From: Paracoccaceae bacterium
GTDB lineage: Bacteria; Pseudomonadota; Alphaproteobacteria; Rhodobacterales; Rhodobacteraceae
Assembly: GCA_030950185.1 (NCBI GenBank)
Contig: JAUZRU010000003.1
Location: 5,003-69,002 of the forward strand
Direction: 5' to 3'
DNA length: 64,000 bases
Below, piece by piece: positions 28,193 through 37,658 of this stretch. The position numbers and the translations under genes were made by a program. Below the pieces are notes generated by a model. That model had not been told where the DNA came from, did no database searches, and saw nothing but the letters and a program-made list of their open reading frames with translations. The first letter of the stretch is position 1, and each line of letters starts with the position of its first letter.

Positions 28193-29335
28193 TCATGCGG
28201 CCCTGAGCGGTGCCGCTGTCTGATCGATTTTCAGCAACATATCGAGGATCACTGCCGCGGGGTCAAGATTGACGGCGCGGCCGTGGCTGCTGCGCTCGGC
28301 CAGCAGGGTGGCGGTCTCGGCCCAGCGGCGCGCGGCGGGCAGGTCGGGCGACAGGCGCGAAAGGATTTCGCCCTCGTCGGCGGTGACCGCGGGCGTTGGT
28401 GCCCCGCTGGCCCCGGTCAGGGCGAGGCGGTGCAGCAGGATGTCGATCAGGCGCAACACCAGATCATAGCGCGCCTCGTTGCCCTTGCCGGTGCAGCTTT
28501 CGGCCAGTCGGATCATCGCAGGCCGGTCGGCGCGGGGCCGTGCGGCCAGCATGTCGAGCAGCGCGGCGTAAATCGCCACCCCGTCGCCCGCCATCAGCCG
28601 GATCGCCTCGCCCGCCGAGCCGCCGGCCAGCGCGCCCAGCGCGGATACATCGCCCTCGGGGGCAAAACCGGCGGCAGACATGGCGCGCGCCAGGTCATCG
28701 GGCGAAAGCGGCGCGCAGGCAAGCGTGCGGCAGCGGCTGCGGATCGTCGGCAGCAGGCGCATGGGTTGATGCGCAACCAGCAGCAGGGTGACGCGCGCGG
28801 GGGGTTCCTCCAGGATCTTGAGCAGCGCGTTGGCGGCGGCGTTGTTCATCTCGTCAGCGGCGTCGATGATTGCAACCCGCCGCCCGCCATCGGCGGCCGA
28901 GAGCGCGAAAAAGGATTTCAGGCGCCGCACCTCGTCAACGGTGATCGCCTGTTTCAGGCGTCTGGCCTTGTCATCCCAGGGGCGGCGGCACAGAAACAGC
29001 CGCGGCTCGGCCAGCGCGGCCATGCGGCGGATCACCGGGTGGTCGGGGTCGGTGTCCAGGCTTTCGGGCGGGGCAGGGGGGGCGAACAGGCCGCCCTCGT
29101 CATCGGGCAGAGTCAGCAGAAAACGCGCGATGCGCCAGGCCAGCGTCGCCTTGCCCACCCCGCGCGGGCCGGTCAGCATCCACGCATGGTGCAGCCGCCC
29201 GCCCGTGTGCGCATCCAGAAAGGCGCGCTCGGCCTGCTGTTGCCCGAACAGCGCCGCTGTATGGCGCGGATGCGGCGCGCCGTCCAGCGCGTCGGGTTCC
29301 GGGATGTCGGCGTCTTGTTCGGGTTTTCTGCTCAT
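28193..29335 (-). CDS. holB: DNA polymerase III subunit delta'
   Basis: 380 aa. AAA+ P-loop-like GPRGVGKATLA and clamp-loader SRC-type motif TIRSRC. Conserved position after tmk. Confidence 0.85.
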   Translation of the reverse strand: MSRKPEQDADIPEPDALDGAPHPRHTAALFGQQQAERAFLDAHTGGRLHHAWMLTGPRGVGKATLAWRIARFLLTLPDDEGGLFAPPAPPESLDTDPDHPVIRRMAALAEPRLFLCRRPWDDKARRLKQAITVDEVRRLKSFFALSAADGGRRVAIIDAADEMNNAAANALLKILEEPPARVTLLLVAHQPMRLLPTIRSRCRTLACAPLSPDDLARAMSAAGFAPEGDVSALGALAGGSAGEAIRLMAGDGVAIYAALLDMLAARPRADRPAMIRLAESCTGKGNEARYDLVLRLIDILLHRLALTGASGAPTPAVTADEGEILSRLSPDLPAARRWAETATLLAERSSHGRAVNLDPAAVILDMLLKIDQTAAPLRAA

Positions 29336-29958
29336 GCTGCCCCCTCTTGCACGGCGGCACGCACATCGGCGGCGACGGCGTCAACAGGCCGGTTACCGTC
29401 GATCACCCGGCAGCGGGCGGGAAATTCGGCCGCGAGATCCAGAAAGCCCTGTCGCAGGGCCTGCTGGAAGGGCAGGCCGAAATCCTCGAACCGGTCCTCG
29501 CCGGATTGCCGCGCCAGCCCGCGCGACAGCGCCTGTTCGGGATCCATGTCGATGATGAAGGTCAGGTCCGGTTCCCGCCCGATCATAAGCGCATGCAGCT
29601 TGTCCACAAGGCCCCGCAGCCCCGCGCGCGCGACCCCCTGATAGACGCGGGTTGAATCGGCGAAACGGTCGCTGATGACCACCTTCCCGGCGGCAAGGGC
29701 GGGCAGGATCGTGCGTTCCAGATGGTCGCGCCGCGCAGCGGTAAAAAGCAGGATCTCGGTCTCCGGCGACCAGCGATCGGGGTCGCCCTCGACCAGCAGC
29801 TTGCGGATTTCCTCGGCCCCCGCTGCGCCACCCGGTTCGCGTGTCAGCACGATGTCACGGCCCTGGTCGCGCAGGTGGTCGGCCAACAGGCGTGCCTGGG
29901 TCGATTTGCCGGATCCGTCGATCCCCTCGAAGGTGATGAATCGCCCGCCCGCTGTCAT
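29332..29958 (-). CDS. tmk: dTMP (thymidylate) kinase
   Basis: Starts MTAGGRFITFEGIDGSGKSTQ (P-loop). The start overlaps the upstream carboxypeptidase stop by 1 nt, and the stop overlaps the holB start (ATGA). Confidence 0.93.
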   Translation of the reverse strand: MTAGGRFITFEGIDGSGKSTQARLLADHLRDQGRDIVLTREPGGAAGAEEIRKLLVEGDPDRWSPETEILLFTAARRDHLERTILPALAAGKVVISDRFADSTRVYQGVARAGLRGLVDKLHALMIGREPDLTFIIDMDPEQALSRGLARQSGEDRFEDFGLPFQQALRQGFLDLAAEFPARCRVIDGNRPVDAVAADVRAAVQEGAA

Positions 29959-31115
29959 TACCTGGCCAGTTCCAGCACCTTGTCGCCAAGGATCTTGGCC
30001 GACAGCCACAGACGCGATGCAAATCCCGCCTTGTCAACCGACGAGGCCGCCACCAGCGGCACCGTAACGGTTTTCAGCCCCGGCACGGTAACGGTCAGCG
30101 TGCCCAGCTTCTGCCCCTTGGCGATGGGGGCCTCAACCGGTGCATTCAGGCGGATTTCGCCCTTGAGCCTGTCCTTGCTGGTCACGGGCAGCAACAGCGA
30201 TACATCCTTGGCGACCTGTAGCCCGATCTTGTCGCTGGTGCCAAGCCAGACATCGGCCTTGCCCATTATCTGGCCGGCTTTCAGCACCTTCTTTTCAACG
30301 AATTGGCGAAATGCCCAGTTGATCAGCTTGGCGCCCTCGGTGGCGCGGTCCTGCGCGGTTTCAAGGCCCGAAATCATCACGATCACCCTGCGCCCGTTTC
30401 TGACAGCCGATCCGACAAGGCCATAGCCGGCCTCTTTGGTGTGGCCGGTTTTCAGGCCGTCGGCACCGATATTCATTCGCAGCAACGGGTTGCGGTTATA
30501 GCGGTTGGCGGGCGAGCGGTTGTCGAAGCGAAATTCACGGATGGCGAAATATTTGTAATATTCGGGAAAATCCCGAATGATATGGCTTGCCAGCGTCACC
30601 AGATCGCGCGCGCTCATCCGCTGGCCGGGGTCGGGCCAGCCATTGGGATTGACGAAATGCGATTGGGTCATGCCCAGCTGCTGCGCACGTGCGGTCATGG
30701 CGCGGGCGAACTCGGCCTCGGATCCGGCCAGCGCCTCGGCAAGTACAACGCAGGCGTCATTGCCCGAAAGCACGATGACGCCCTTGATCAGGTCTTCGAC
30801 CCGAACCTTGTCGCGCGTGTTCAGAAACATGGTCGAGCCGCCGTATTTCATGGCGTTTTCGGATACCGGCAGTTTTTCATCCAGGCTGAGGCGGCCATCC
30901 CTGAGGGCCTCGAATGTCATGTAAAGCGTCATCAGCTTGGACATCGAGGCAGGCGGCAAGGCGACGTCGGCGTTTTTCTGCAACAGGACAGTGCCGGTAT
31001 TGTAATCAAGCACGAAAGCCGCCTGCGCCCGTGTTTCCAGGGCCGCAAGCGGTGTTGCCACGGATATGGCGATCAGCAGCGTCACAAGTGAAAGAGCACG
31101 TCCGAACACGGTCAC
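29958..31115 (-). CDS. D-alanyl-D-alanine carboxypeptidase (S11, PBP5/6-like)
   Basis: Signal peptide. SxxK (SMSKLM), SGN (LSGNDA) and KTG (KTGHT) motifs. Confidence 0.9.
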   Translation of the reverse strand: MTVFGRALSLVTLLIAISVATPLAALETRAQAAFVLDYNTGTVLLQKNADVALPPASMSKLMTLYMTFEALRDGRLSLDEKLPVSENAMKYGGSTMFLNTRDKVRVEDLIKGVIVLSGNDACVVLAEALAGSEAEFARAMTARAQQLGMTQSHFVNPNGWPDPGQRMSARDLVTLASHIIRDFPEYYKYFAIREFRFDNRSPANRYNRNPLLRMNIGADGLKTGHTKEAGYGLVGSAVRNGRRVIVMISGLETAQDRATEGAKLINWAFRQFVEKKVLKAGQIMGKADVWLGTSDKIGLQVAKDVSLLLPVTSKDRLKGEIRLNAPVEAPIAKGQKLGTLTVTVPGLKTVTVPLVAASSVDKAGFASRLWLSAKILGDKVLELAR

Positions 31116-31121
31116 ACCTAT

Positions 31122-32057
31122 CTATCTTGACACGAAATACGCGTCGTTGAAGCCCAACTTGCGGGCCTTTTTCAACAGCACGGCCCGTTCCGATTTGCTT
31201 TGCGCCGGGCCGATCAGTACGCGCCAGAATTTCTTGCCACGCGATTCCTGGGCCTTGACGATGGGCAGAACTCCCTTCGTCTGCAAGGCGGTCGCCGTGT
31301 TGCGGGCGTTCTGTTCCACACTGAAGATGCCGATCTGGATATAGGGTTCGGCCAGCGGCGAAACCGGCTTTTGGGGCGCGGCGGGGCTGGTGGTTCGGGC
31401 CTGTTTTGCCGGCGCGGTTTTTACGTCCTTTGGCTTTGCGGATGCTGCGGTCTTGCGCTTGGGGTTGGGTTTTGGCTTGGCGCGGGATTCGGCCTTGTCG
31501 ATCGCGGCGGCGGCGATGCTGGTGATCTTGTCGCCCTTGGCCGGCTTTTCGGTTGGCTTGGGGGGCTTGGCGGGCTTGGGCGGCTCGACCGGCACCTGTT
31601 CGCGGCGCAGCGCGGTTACGTTCAGCTTGGTCGGCTTGCCGGCCAGAACGCCAAGTGCCGCCGCGGCATCGGATGACAGCTGGAATTTCGGGCCGGGGTT
31701 GTCTCGCTCGCGTTTGAACAGGGCGCCGATCACGAATTTGCCGTTTTCCTTGTTGCGGATGATCACCCGCTCGGGCTGAATATCGCCGGGATAGGCGACC
31801 CACACCCCGCCAAGCGAGGGGCGACCGTCCCACAGCGCCATGTCGGTAACCTGAAACACATCCGGCGCCTCGACATCGCGCTCGACCAGCTTGACGGTTT
31901 TGTCAGAGGTCGGGGCAGTCGCCTGGGCAGCCTCTTTCTTCTTGCCCAGCTTGATTTGCGGCATCTTGAAATCGGACACGCATCCCGAAAGCCCCAGCGA
32001 TACGGCCGCAAGAATCATGCCTGTTCGCACAGCAAGTGGTAAGTTCATGGGTTTCAT
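31122..32057 (-). CDS. SPOR domain lipoprotein, RlpA-like but with only a partial DPBB-like segment
   Basis: Lipobox LSGC. Middle segment VIIRNKENGKFVIGALFKRERDNPGPKFQLSSDAAAALG, a K/P-rich linker, and a C-terminal SPOR region (YIQIGIFSVEQNARNTA...FWRVLIGP). Sits in the usual rlpA position upstream of the carboxypeptidase. Confidence 0.72.
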   Translation of the reverse strand: MKPMNLPLAVRTGMILAAVSLGLSGCVSDFKMPQIKLGKKKEAAQATAPTSDKTVKLVERDVEAPDVFQVTDMALWDGRPSLGGVWVAYPGDIQPERVIIRNKENGKFVIGALFKRERDNPGPKFQLSSDAAAALGVLAGKPTKLNVTALRREQVPVEPPKPAKPPKPTEKPAKGDKITSIAAAAIDKAESRAKPKPNPKRKTAASAKPKDVKTAPAKQARTTSPAAPQKPVSPLAEPYIQIGIFSVEQNARNTATALQTKGVLPIVKAQESRGKKFWRVLIGPAQSKSERAVLLKKARKLGFNDAYFVSR

Positions 32058-32231
32058 TCATGCCCCCTGTAGAATGCCCCCCCTCTGGCCGGCTTGCCTG
32101 CCGGGGGGGATCAACCTGCCCTGGTCCGGTTCACATACATGCCGGGCCGCTTTGCGGCGCAGTCTAGCCGAGCGCCCGGCCCAAGGGAAGTGCCGCCACG
32201 GTATCGTCATTCACCGATGGCGGGATTTGGC

Positions 32232-32798
32232 TCATTCGGTTGACGAGCTGTCGCCGGCAACCGGAATTCCGGTCGGCACCCCGTCCAGCGTGACGGCATT
32301 TCTTTCCGCCCACCAGTGGCGAATTCCCCCTTCGCCCTTGTCTTCGTTCCATTTTTCCAGCGTGTCGCGCTCGCCGCGATACTCCATGAAAGGCACCGCA
32401 TAGCCGCAGGAGGTCTGCAACATCTCGACATTCATGTCGAATATCTGCCGCGCCCCGACCGAGGGCGGAAACATTGCAGCCAGCGCATCGAATCCGTCAT
32501 CGCCGACATGCAGGGTTGCGGCCGTGCCATAGGCCCGCATGATCAGCGGGCGCGTCGTGAACGAGCACCACATCAGGGTCATCCGGTTTGCCTGCCGCAG
32601 ATGCCCGGCGGTTTCGTTGCCGCTGCCGGTCAGGTTCAGCCAGACGATGCGGTTCGGCCCCATCACCCGCAGCGAATCCATCCCCTTGGGCGAGATGTTC
32701 ACCCGCCCCTCGGGTGCGGCGGTGCCCACGAAAAAGACATGCTGTTCCTCGATGAACGCCCGGTTGCGGTCATCTATGTGGTCGAACTGCCTTGCCAC
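32232..32798 (-). CDS. Pyridoxamine 5'-phosphate oxidase family (FMN-binding split barrel) protein
   Basis: Reads FIEEQHVFFVGTAAPEGRVNISPKG...WLNLTGSGNETAGHL. GTG start at 32798 preceded by a GGGGGG run. The ORF-track ATG at 32867 would read through repeat copy 4, so the start is uncertain. Confidence 0.62.
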   Translation of the reverse strand: MARQFDHIDDRNRAFIEEQHVFFVGTAAPEGRVNISPKGMDSLRVMGPNRIVWLNLTGSGNETAGHLRQANRMTLMWCSFTTRPLIMRAYGTAATLHVGDDGFDALAAMFPPSVGARQIFDMNVEMLQTSCGYAVPFMEYRGERDTLEKWNEDKGEGGIRHWWAERNAVTLDGVPTGIPVAGDSSSTE

Positions 32799-32809
32799 GG
32801 CGGCCCCCC

Positions 32810-32830
32810 TTCTTCTTTGCCCAAATACTC
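32810..32830 (+). repeat. Dispersed 21-bp intergenic repeat, copy 4 (TTCTTCTTTGCCCAAATACTC)
   Basis: Lies between the glmS stop and the PNPOx-family start. Flanked by cccccc and tgggggag. Hairpin GGGGGC-agc-GCCCCC at 32851-32865. Confidence 0.85.
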
Positions 32831-32880
32831 TGGGGGAGTCGCCTCGCGACGGGGGCAGCGCCCCCATCCCCCTTGAAACC

Positions 32881-34704
32881 TTATTCCACTGTCACCGATT
32901 TGGCGAGGTTCCTCGGCTGGTCCACATCGGTGCCCTTGGTCACGGCGGTATGATAGGCCAGCAGCTGCGCCGGAATGGCATAGACGATGGGGGCCAGGAC
33001 AGGGTCGACATCGGGCATTATAATCGTTTCCCACACGCCCTGGCCTGCCTCGCGCGCGCCGGCAGCATTGGTGATCAGAACGATGCGCCCGCCGCGTGCC
33101 ATGACCTCCTGCATGTTGGAAACCGTCTTGTCGAACAGATTGTCACGCGGGGCCATCACGATCACCGGCACATGTTCGTCGATCAGCGCGATGGGCCCGT
33201 GCTTGAGCTCGCCGCTGGCATAGCCCTCGGCGTGGATATAGCTGATCTCCTTCAGCTTCAGCGCCCCCTCCAGCGCCAGCGGAAACATCACCCCCCGGCC
33301 CAGGAACAGCACGTCGCGGGCCTCGGCCAGCTTGCGGGCGATGTCGCGGATGCTGTCTTCGGCCTGCAACGCGGCATTGACCAGCTGCGGCAGGCTGCCC
33401 AGCGCGGTGCAAAGTTCGGCCTCGCGGGTGGCGTCGATCTGCCCCCTCTGGCGCGCCGCCGTGATCATCAGCGCGGCCAGCGTGACCATCTGGCAGGTGA
33501 ACGCCTTGGTCGAGGCAACGCCGATTTCAGGCCCCGCCAGAATGGGCAGCGCCATGTCGGCTTCGCGCGCGATCGTGCTTTCGGCCACATTGACGACTGC
33601 CACGGTTTTCGCAACCTTGCCGCTGCAATAGCGCAGCGCGGCCAGCGTGTCGGCCGTTTCACCCGACTGGCTGACAAATATCGCCACCCCGTCCGCGTCC
33701 AGCGGCGGTTCGCGATAGCGGAATTCCGAGGCGACATCCAGCTCGACCGGGATGCGCGCCAGACATTCGAACCAGTATTTTGCCACCAGACAGGCCAGAT
33801 AGGCGGTGCCGCAGGCCACCATGGTGATGCGCCCGGTCTGCGTGAAATCGATGCCCGCATCGGGCAGGCGCGCAGACATGCCGTCGGCGCTGAGGTAGTG
33901 GTTGAGCGCATGTCCCAGAACTGCGGGCTGTTCGGCGATTTCCTTGGCCATGAAATGCTTGTAGCCGCCCTTGTCGGCAACCCCGCCGTCAAGACGGATC
34001 TCGCGCATCTCCCGGTTGACAAGGCGGCCCTCGGCGTCATGGATCTCGGCGCCCGCGCGGGTGACGATGGCAAGATCGCCCTCTTCCAGATAGGTCACCC
34101 GGTCGGTCATCGGTGCCAGCGCCAGCGCGTCCGAGCCGACAAACATTTCACCGTCGCCATGCCCGATTGCGAGCGGCGAGCCCTTGCGCGCGGCAATCAG
34201 CAGATCATCATGGCCCTCGAACAGGAAACACAGCGCATAGGCGCCTTCAAGCCGGGCAATGGTCTGTTGTGCGGCCTCTTTCGGCGCAAGCCCCTGATCG
34301 AGATTCTGTGCCAGCAGCAGCGCGACGGTTTCAGTGTCGGTTTCGGTGACGAAATCGCGCCCGCTTGCGGCAAGCTCGGCGCGCAGCTCGCGGAAATTCT
34401 CGATGATCCCGTTATGCACGACCGCCACGCGCCCGGCGCGGTGGGGATGCGCGTTTTCGATCGTTGCCGCCCCATGGGTGGCCCAGCGGGTGTGGCCGAT
34501 GCCTGCCTTGCCGGGCAGGGGTTCGTGCACCAGCAGATCCGACAGGTTGATCAGCTTGCCGGTGGCGCGCCGCCGGTCGAGGCGGCCGTCATGGAGGGTG
34601 GCGATCCCGGCGCTGTCATAGCCGCGATATTCCAGCCGTTTCAGCGCGTCCAGTATGAGGGGGGAAACCTCGTGTTTGCCAAGAATGCCTACAATGCCGC
34701 ACAT
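32881..34704 (-). CDS. glmS: Glutamine--fructose-6-phosphate aminotransferase (isomerizing)
   Basis: 607 aa. N-terminal MCGIVG (Ntn amidotransferase Cys), two SIS domains, and a C-terminal ...LAKSVTVE. Confidence 0.97.
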   Translation of the reverse strand: MCGIVGILGKHEVSPLILDALKRLEYRGYDSAGIATLHDGRLDRRRATGKLINLSDLLVHEPLPGKAGIGHTRWATHGAATIENAHPHRAGRVAVVHNGIIENFRELRAELAASGRDFVTETDTETVALLLAQNLDQGLAPKEAAQQTIARLEGAYALCFLFEGHDDLLIAARKGSPLAIGHGDGEMFVGSDALALAPMTDRVTYLEEGDLAIVTRAGAEIHDAEGRLVNREMREIRLDGGVADKGGYKHFMAKEIAEQPAVLGHALNHYLSADGMSARLPDAGIDFTQTGRITMVACGTAYLACLVAKYWFECLARIPVELDVASEFRYREPPLDADGVAIFVSQSGETADTLAALRYCSGKVAKTVAVVNVAESTIAREADMALPILAGPEIGVASTKAFTCQMVTLAALMITAARQRGQIDATREAELCTALGSLPQLVNAALQAEDSIRDIARKLAEARDVLFLGRGVMFPLALEGALKLKEISYIHAEGYASGELKHGPIALIDEHVPVIVMAPRDNLFDKTVSNMQEVMARGGRIVLITNAAGAREAGQGVWETIIMPDVDPVLAPIVYAIPAQLLAYHTAVTKGTDVDQPRNLAKSVTVE

Positions 34705-34724
34705 GGGATGATTCCGTTTCCAAA

Positions 34725-36083
34725 TCAGTTTTCGGTTTTCAATTTCTTTGCCTTTATCGCCCGCAGCCGGGCCATGTGCTTGCGGGCCAGCCCCTCGCGC
34801 GTGACCTGCTGGCTGCGCTCCAGCGCCAGCGCACCATCGGGCACATCGCGGGTAATCACGCTGCCCGAGCCGGTGACCGCCTCGTCGCCGACGCTGATCG
34901 GGGCCACAAGTGCCGTGTTCGAGCCGATGAAGGCATGCCGGCCGATCCTTGTGCGGTGCTTCATCACCCCGTCGTAATTGCAGGTGATGGTGCCCGCGCC
35001 GATATTGGCGCCGTCCCCCACATCGGCATCGCCGATATAGGAAAGGTGGTTGGCCTTGGCGCCTTCGCCGAGGATGGCGTTCTTGATCTCGACGAAATTG
35101 CCCACATGGGCATCATTGCCGATCTCGGCACCGGGACGCAGCCGGGCAAAGGGGCCGATGATGGCGCCCTGGCTGATGTGACAGCCTTCGAGATGGCAAA
35201 ACGCGCGGATTTCGGCGCCGGTTTCAACCGTGACCCCGGGGCCGAAAACGACATTCGGCCCGATCACCACATCGCGCCCGATCACCGTGTCATGGGCCAG
35301 AAACACCGTTTCCGGGGCGGTCATGGTGACGCCTGCCGCAAGAAGTTCGGCCCGCGCGCGCGCCTGAAAGGCGGCCTCGGCGGCGGCCAGCTCGGCGCGG
35401 GAGTTGATGCCCATGGTCTCGGCCTCGTCACAGATCACCACGCCCGAGGACAGCCCGCGCGCGCGCGCCAGCGCGATGATGTCGGTCAGATAGTATTCGC
35501 CGCTGGCATTGTCGTTCCCCAGCCGGGCGACCAGTTCGAACAGCAGCGCGCTTGACGTGCAGATGACGCCCGAATTGCACAGCCTGAGCTGCAACTCTTC
35601 GGGGGAGGCATCGCGCGCCTCGACAATGGCCTCGAGCGTGCCGTCGCCGTCCACGATCAGGCGCCCATAGCGCCCTGGATTGGCGGCCTCGAACCCCAGC
35701 ACCACGATGTCGTGCCCGCTGCGGGCCTTGCGCATCGCGGCCAGCGTTTCGGGCCGGATCAGGGGCGTGTCGCCATAAAGCACGATCACATCGCCCTGGA
35801 ACGCCTCCAGCGCCGGGCGCGCCTGTTCGACGGCGTGGCCGGTGCCCTTTTGCTGTGCCTGTTCGACAATGGTGATTTCCGGGTCGATGTCGCGCGCGAT
35901 GTCTGCCACGCTTTCCGCCCCATGCCCCACCACCAGAACCGAGCGGGTCGCGCCGATGGCGGCGCCGGTCTGCATCACATGCTGCAACAGCGGTGCGCCG
36001 GCCAGCCGGTGCAGCACCTTGGGAAGGTCGGATTTCATCCTTGTGCCCTGGCCCGCGGCCAGGATGAGCGTTGCTATGGGCAT
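34725..36083 (-). CDS. glmU: Bifunctional UDP-N-acetylglucosamine pyrophosphorylase / GlcN-1-P acetyltransferase
   Basis: LAAGQGTRMKS nucleotidyltransferase motif and a C-terminal hexapeptide-repeat (LbH) region. The ATG at 36083 has AGGAAA 5 nt upstream; the ATG at 36098 is also possible. Confidence 0.95.
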   Translation of the reverse strand: MPIATLILAAGQGTRMKSDLPKVLHRLAGAPLLQHVMQTGAAIGATRSVLVVGHGAESVADIARDIDPEITIVEQAQQKGTGHAVEQARPALEAFQGDVIVLYGDTPLIRPETLAAMRKARSGHDIVVLGFEAANPGRYGRLIVDGDGTLEAIVEARDASPEELQLRLCNSGVICTSSALLFELVARLGNDNASGEYYLTDIIALARARGLSSGVVICDEAETMGINSRAELAAAEAAFQARARAELLAAGVTMTAPETVFLAHDTVIGRDVVIGPNVVFGPGVTVETGAEIRAFCHLEGCHISQGAIIGPFARLRPGAEIGNDAHVGNFVEIKNAILGEGAKANHLSYIGDADVGDGANIGAGTITCNYDGVMKHRTRIGRHAFIGSNTALVAPISVGDEAVTGSGSVITRDVPDGALALERSQQVTREGLARKHMARLRAIKAKKLKTEN

Positions 36084-36214
36084 CGGTTTTCCTGTCATTG
36101 CTGGGGATGGGTTGTAACGCCTTGGGCGGGCGGCGCAAAGGCTGCGGCCATCAACAATGCTTTCGGTTCATTACACTTGTTCCTATAAGCGCTTCATAGA
36201 CAGGCGGAGCGGAC

Positions 36215-36883
36215 ATGAAAACGGTTATTTTCGATCTCGACGGCACATTGGCGGATACCAGCGCAGATCTGATTGCGGCGGCCAATGCGGCCTTTCGCAT
36301 GGGCGGCCATGACGTGGCGCTTGACCCGGTTGCAGACGCGCTGACGGCCTTTCACGGCGGGCGCGCCATGCTGCGGCTGGGGTTCTCGCGGCTTGCGGGC
36401 GGCTGGGACGAGGGCGAGATCGACCGGCTGTATCCGCTGCTGCTGGAATATTACGGCAACAACATCAACCGCCACACGCGCCTGTATGACGGGGTGGTCG
36501 AGATGCTCGATGCGCTGGCCGCGGCGGGCATGGCGCTGGGCATCTGCACCAACAAGCCCGAATCGCTGGCCGAGACCCTTGTGCGCGAGTTGGGGATCCG
36601 CGACTATTTCGGCGCGCTTCTGGGGGCCGACAGCATTGCCGTGAAAAAGCCCGATCCCGAACACCTGCTGGAAACGGTGCGCCGCGTCGGCGGGGATGCG
36701 GGCAATGCGGTGCTGGTGGGCGACACGGTAACCGACCGCGCGGCGGGGCGTGCGGCGGGAGTGCCGGTGGTGCTGGTGACATTCGGCCCGGCTGGGCAGG
36801 GGGTGGCCGCGCTGGAGCCCGAGGCGTTGCTGGATCATTACCGCGATCTGCCCGGGGTTCTGGAGCGGTTGGGTACGGGGTAA
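36215..36883 (+). CDS. HAD-superfamily hydrolase (phosphoglycolate phosphatase-like)
   Basis: HAD motif I VIFDLDGTLADT, motif II CTNK, and motif IV-like VGDTVTD. Confidence 0.85.
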   Translation: MKTVIFDLDGTLADTSADLIAAANAAFRMGGHDVALDPVADALTAFHGGRAMLRLGFSRLAGGWDEGEIDRLYPLLLEYYGNNINRHTRLYDGVVEMLDALAAAGMALGICTNKPESLAETLVRELGIRDYFGALLGADSIAVKKPDPEHLLETVRRVGGDAGNAVLVGDTVTDRAAGRAAGVPVVLVTFGPAGQGVAALEPEALLDHYRDLPGVLERLGTG

Positions 36884-36919
36884 GCCGACAGCGTGCGTTT
36901 GCGGATGGCGTTGGATAGT

Positions 36920-36940
36920 GAGTATTTTTGCAAAGAAGAA
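36920..36940 (-). repeat. Dispersed 21-bp intergenic repeat, copy 5 (reverse: GAGTATTTTTGCAAAGAAGAA)
   Basis: Lies between the HAD phosphatase stop (36883) and the paiB-like start (36974). Confidence 0.85.
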
Positions 36941-36973
36941 GCCCTGGCAGGGGTATGATCGAGGAGAACGGGA

Positions 36974-37609
36974 ATGCATCCGAATCCGGCTTTCAGAGGG
37001 GCGTCGCGTGACGAGAACCTGGGTTTTGTCCGCGACAGGGGTTTTGGCGTGCTGATGGTGAATGGCGATCCCTTTCCCTTGTGCAGCCATGTTCCGTTTC
37101 TTCTGGGCAGTGATGGAAAGTCGGCCGAGATGCATCTGGTCAGGTCCAACCCCATTCTGGGTTGTCTTGCCGGTGGGGGTGTTGCGGCCCGGTTGGCGGT
37201 CAGCGGGCCGGATGGTTACGTGTCGCCGGACTGGTACGGCGTGCCCGACCAGGTGCCGACGTGGAATTATGTTGCGGTTCATCTGAGCGGTCGTCTGTAT
37301 GCATTGCCACCGGACGAGCTGTCTGGCCATCTGGACCGGCTGTCCCGTTTCTTCGAGGCGCATCTTGTTCCAAAGGCGCCCTGGGGGATGGGCAAGGTCA
37401 CGCCCGAAGTGCTTGCGCGGATGATGCGGATGATTGTCCCGGTCAGGCTGGATATGGAAAGGATCGAGGGGACGTGGAAGCTTTCGCAGAACAAGCAGGA
37501 TGAGGCGAGGTTGCGCGCGGCGCAGGGCGTGGAAGACACAGGCGTGGCGGCATTGGCTGCACTCATGCGGTCGCCGCCTTTGGGCGGGAATGCGGACGCC
37601 CCCGATTGA
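36974..37609 (+). CDS. FMN-binding negative transcriptional regulator (PaiB family)
   Basis: 211 aa. N-terminal MHPNPAFR and ...HLPFLL-like region VPFLLGSDG...HLVRSNP...WNYVAVHLSG are typical of PaiB. Confidence 0.72.
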   Translation: MHPNPAFRGASRDENLGFVRDRGFGVLMVNGDPFPLCSHVPFLLGSDGKSAEMHLVRSNPILGCLAGGGVAARLAVSGPDGYVSPDWYGVPDQVPTWNYVAVHLSGRLYALPPDELSGHLDRLSRFFEAHLVPKAPWGMGKVTPEVLARMMRMIVPVRLDMERIEGTWKLSQNKQDEARLRAAQGVEDTGVAALAALMRSPPLGGNADAPD

Positions 37610-37658
37610 CCCGCCTGCCTGTGCCATCCTATGACGGGGCAAACAGCGAGGTGCCGTC

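Noticed and set aside
32539-34977. 812-aa ORF antisense to glmS. The same judgement applies to 36194-37717, 40997-42652, 43790-45403 and 15223-16893
   Set aside because: All lie opposite CDSs with clear catalytic motifs. They are compositional artefacts.
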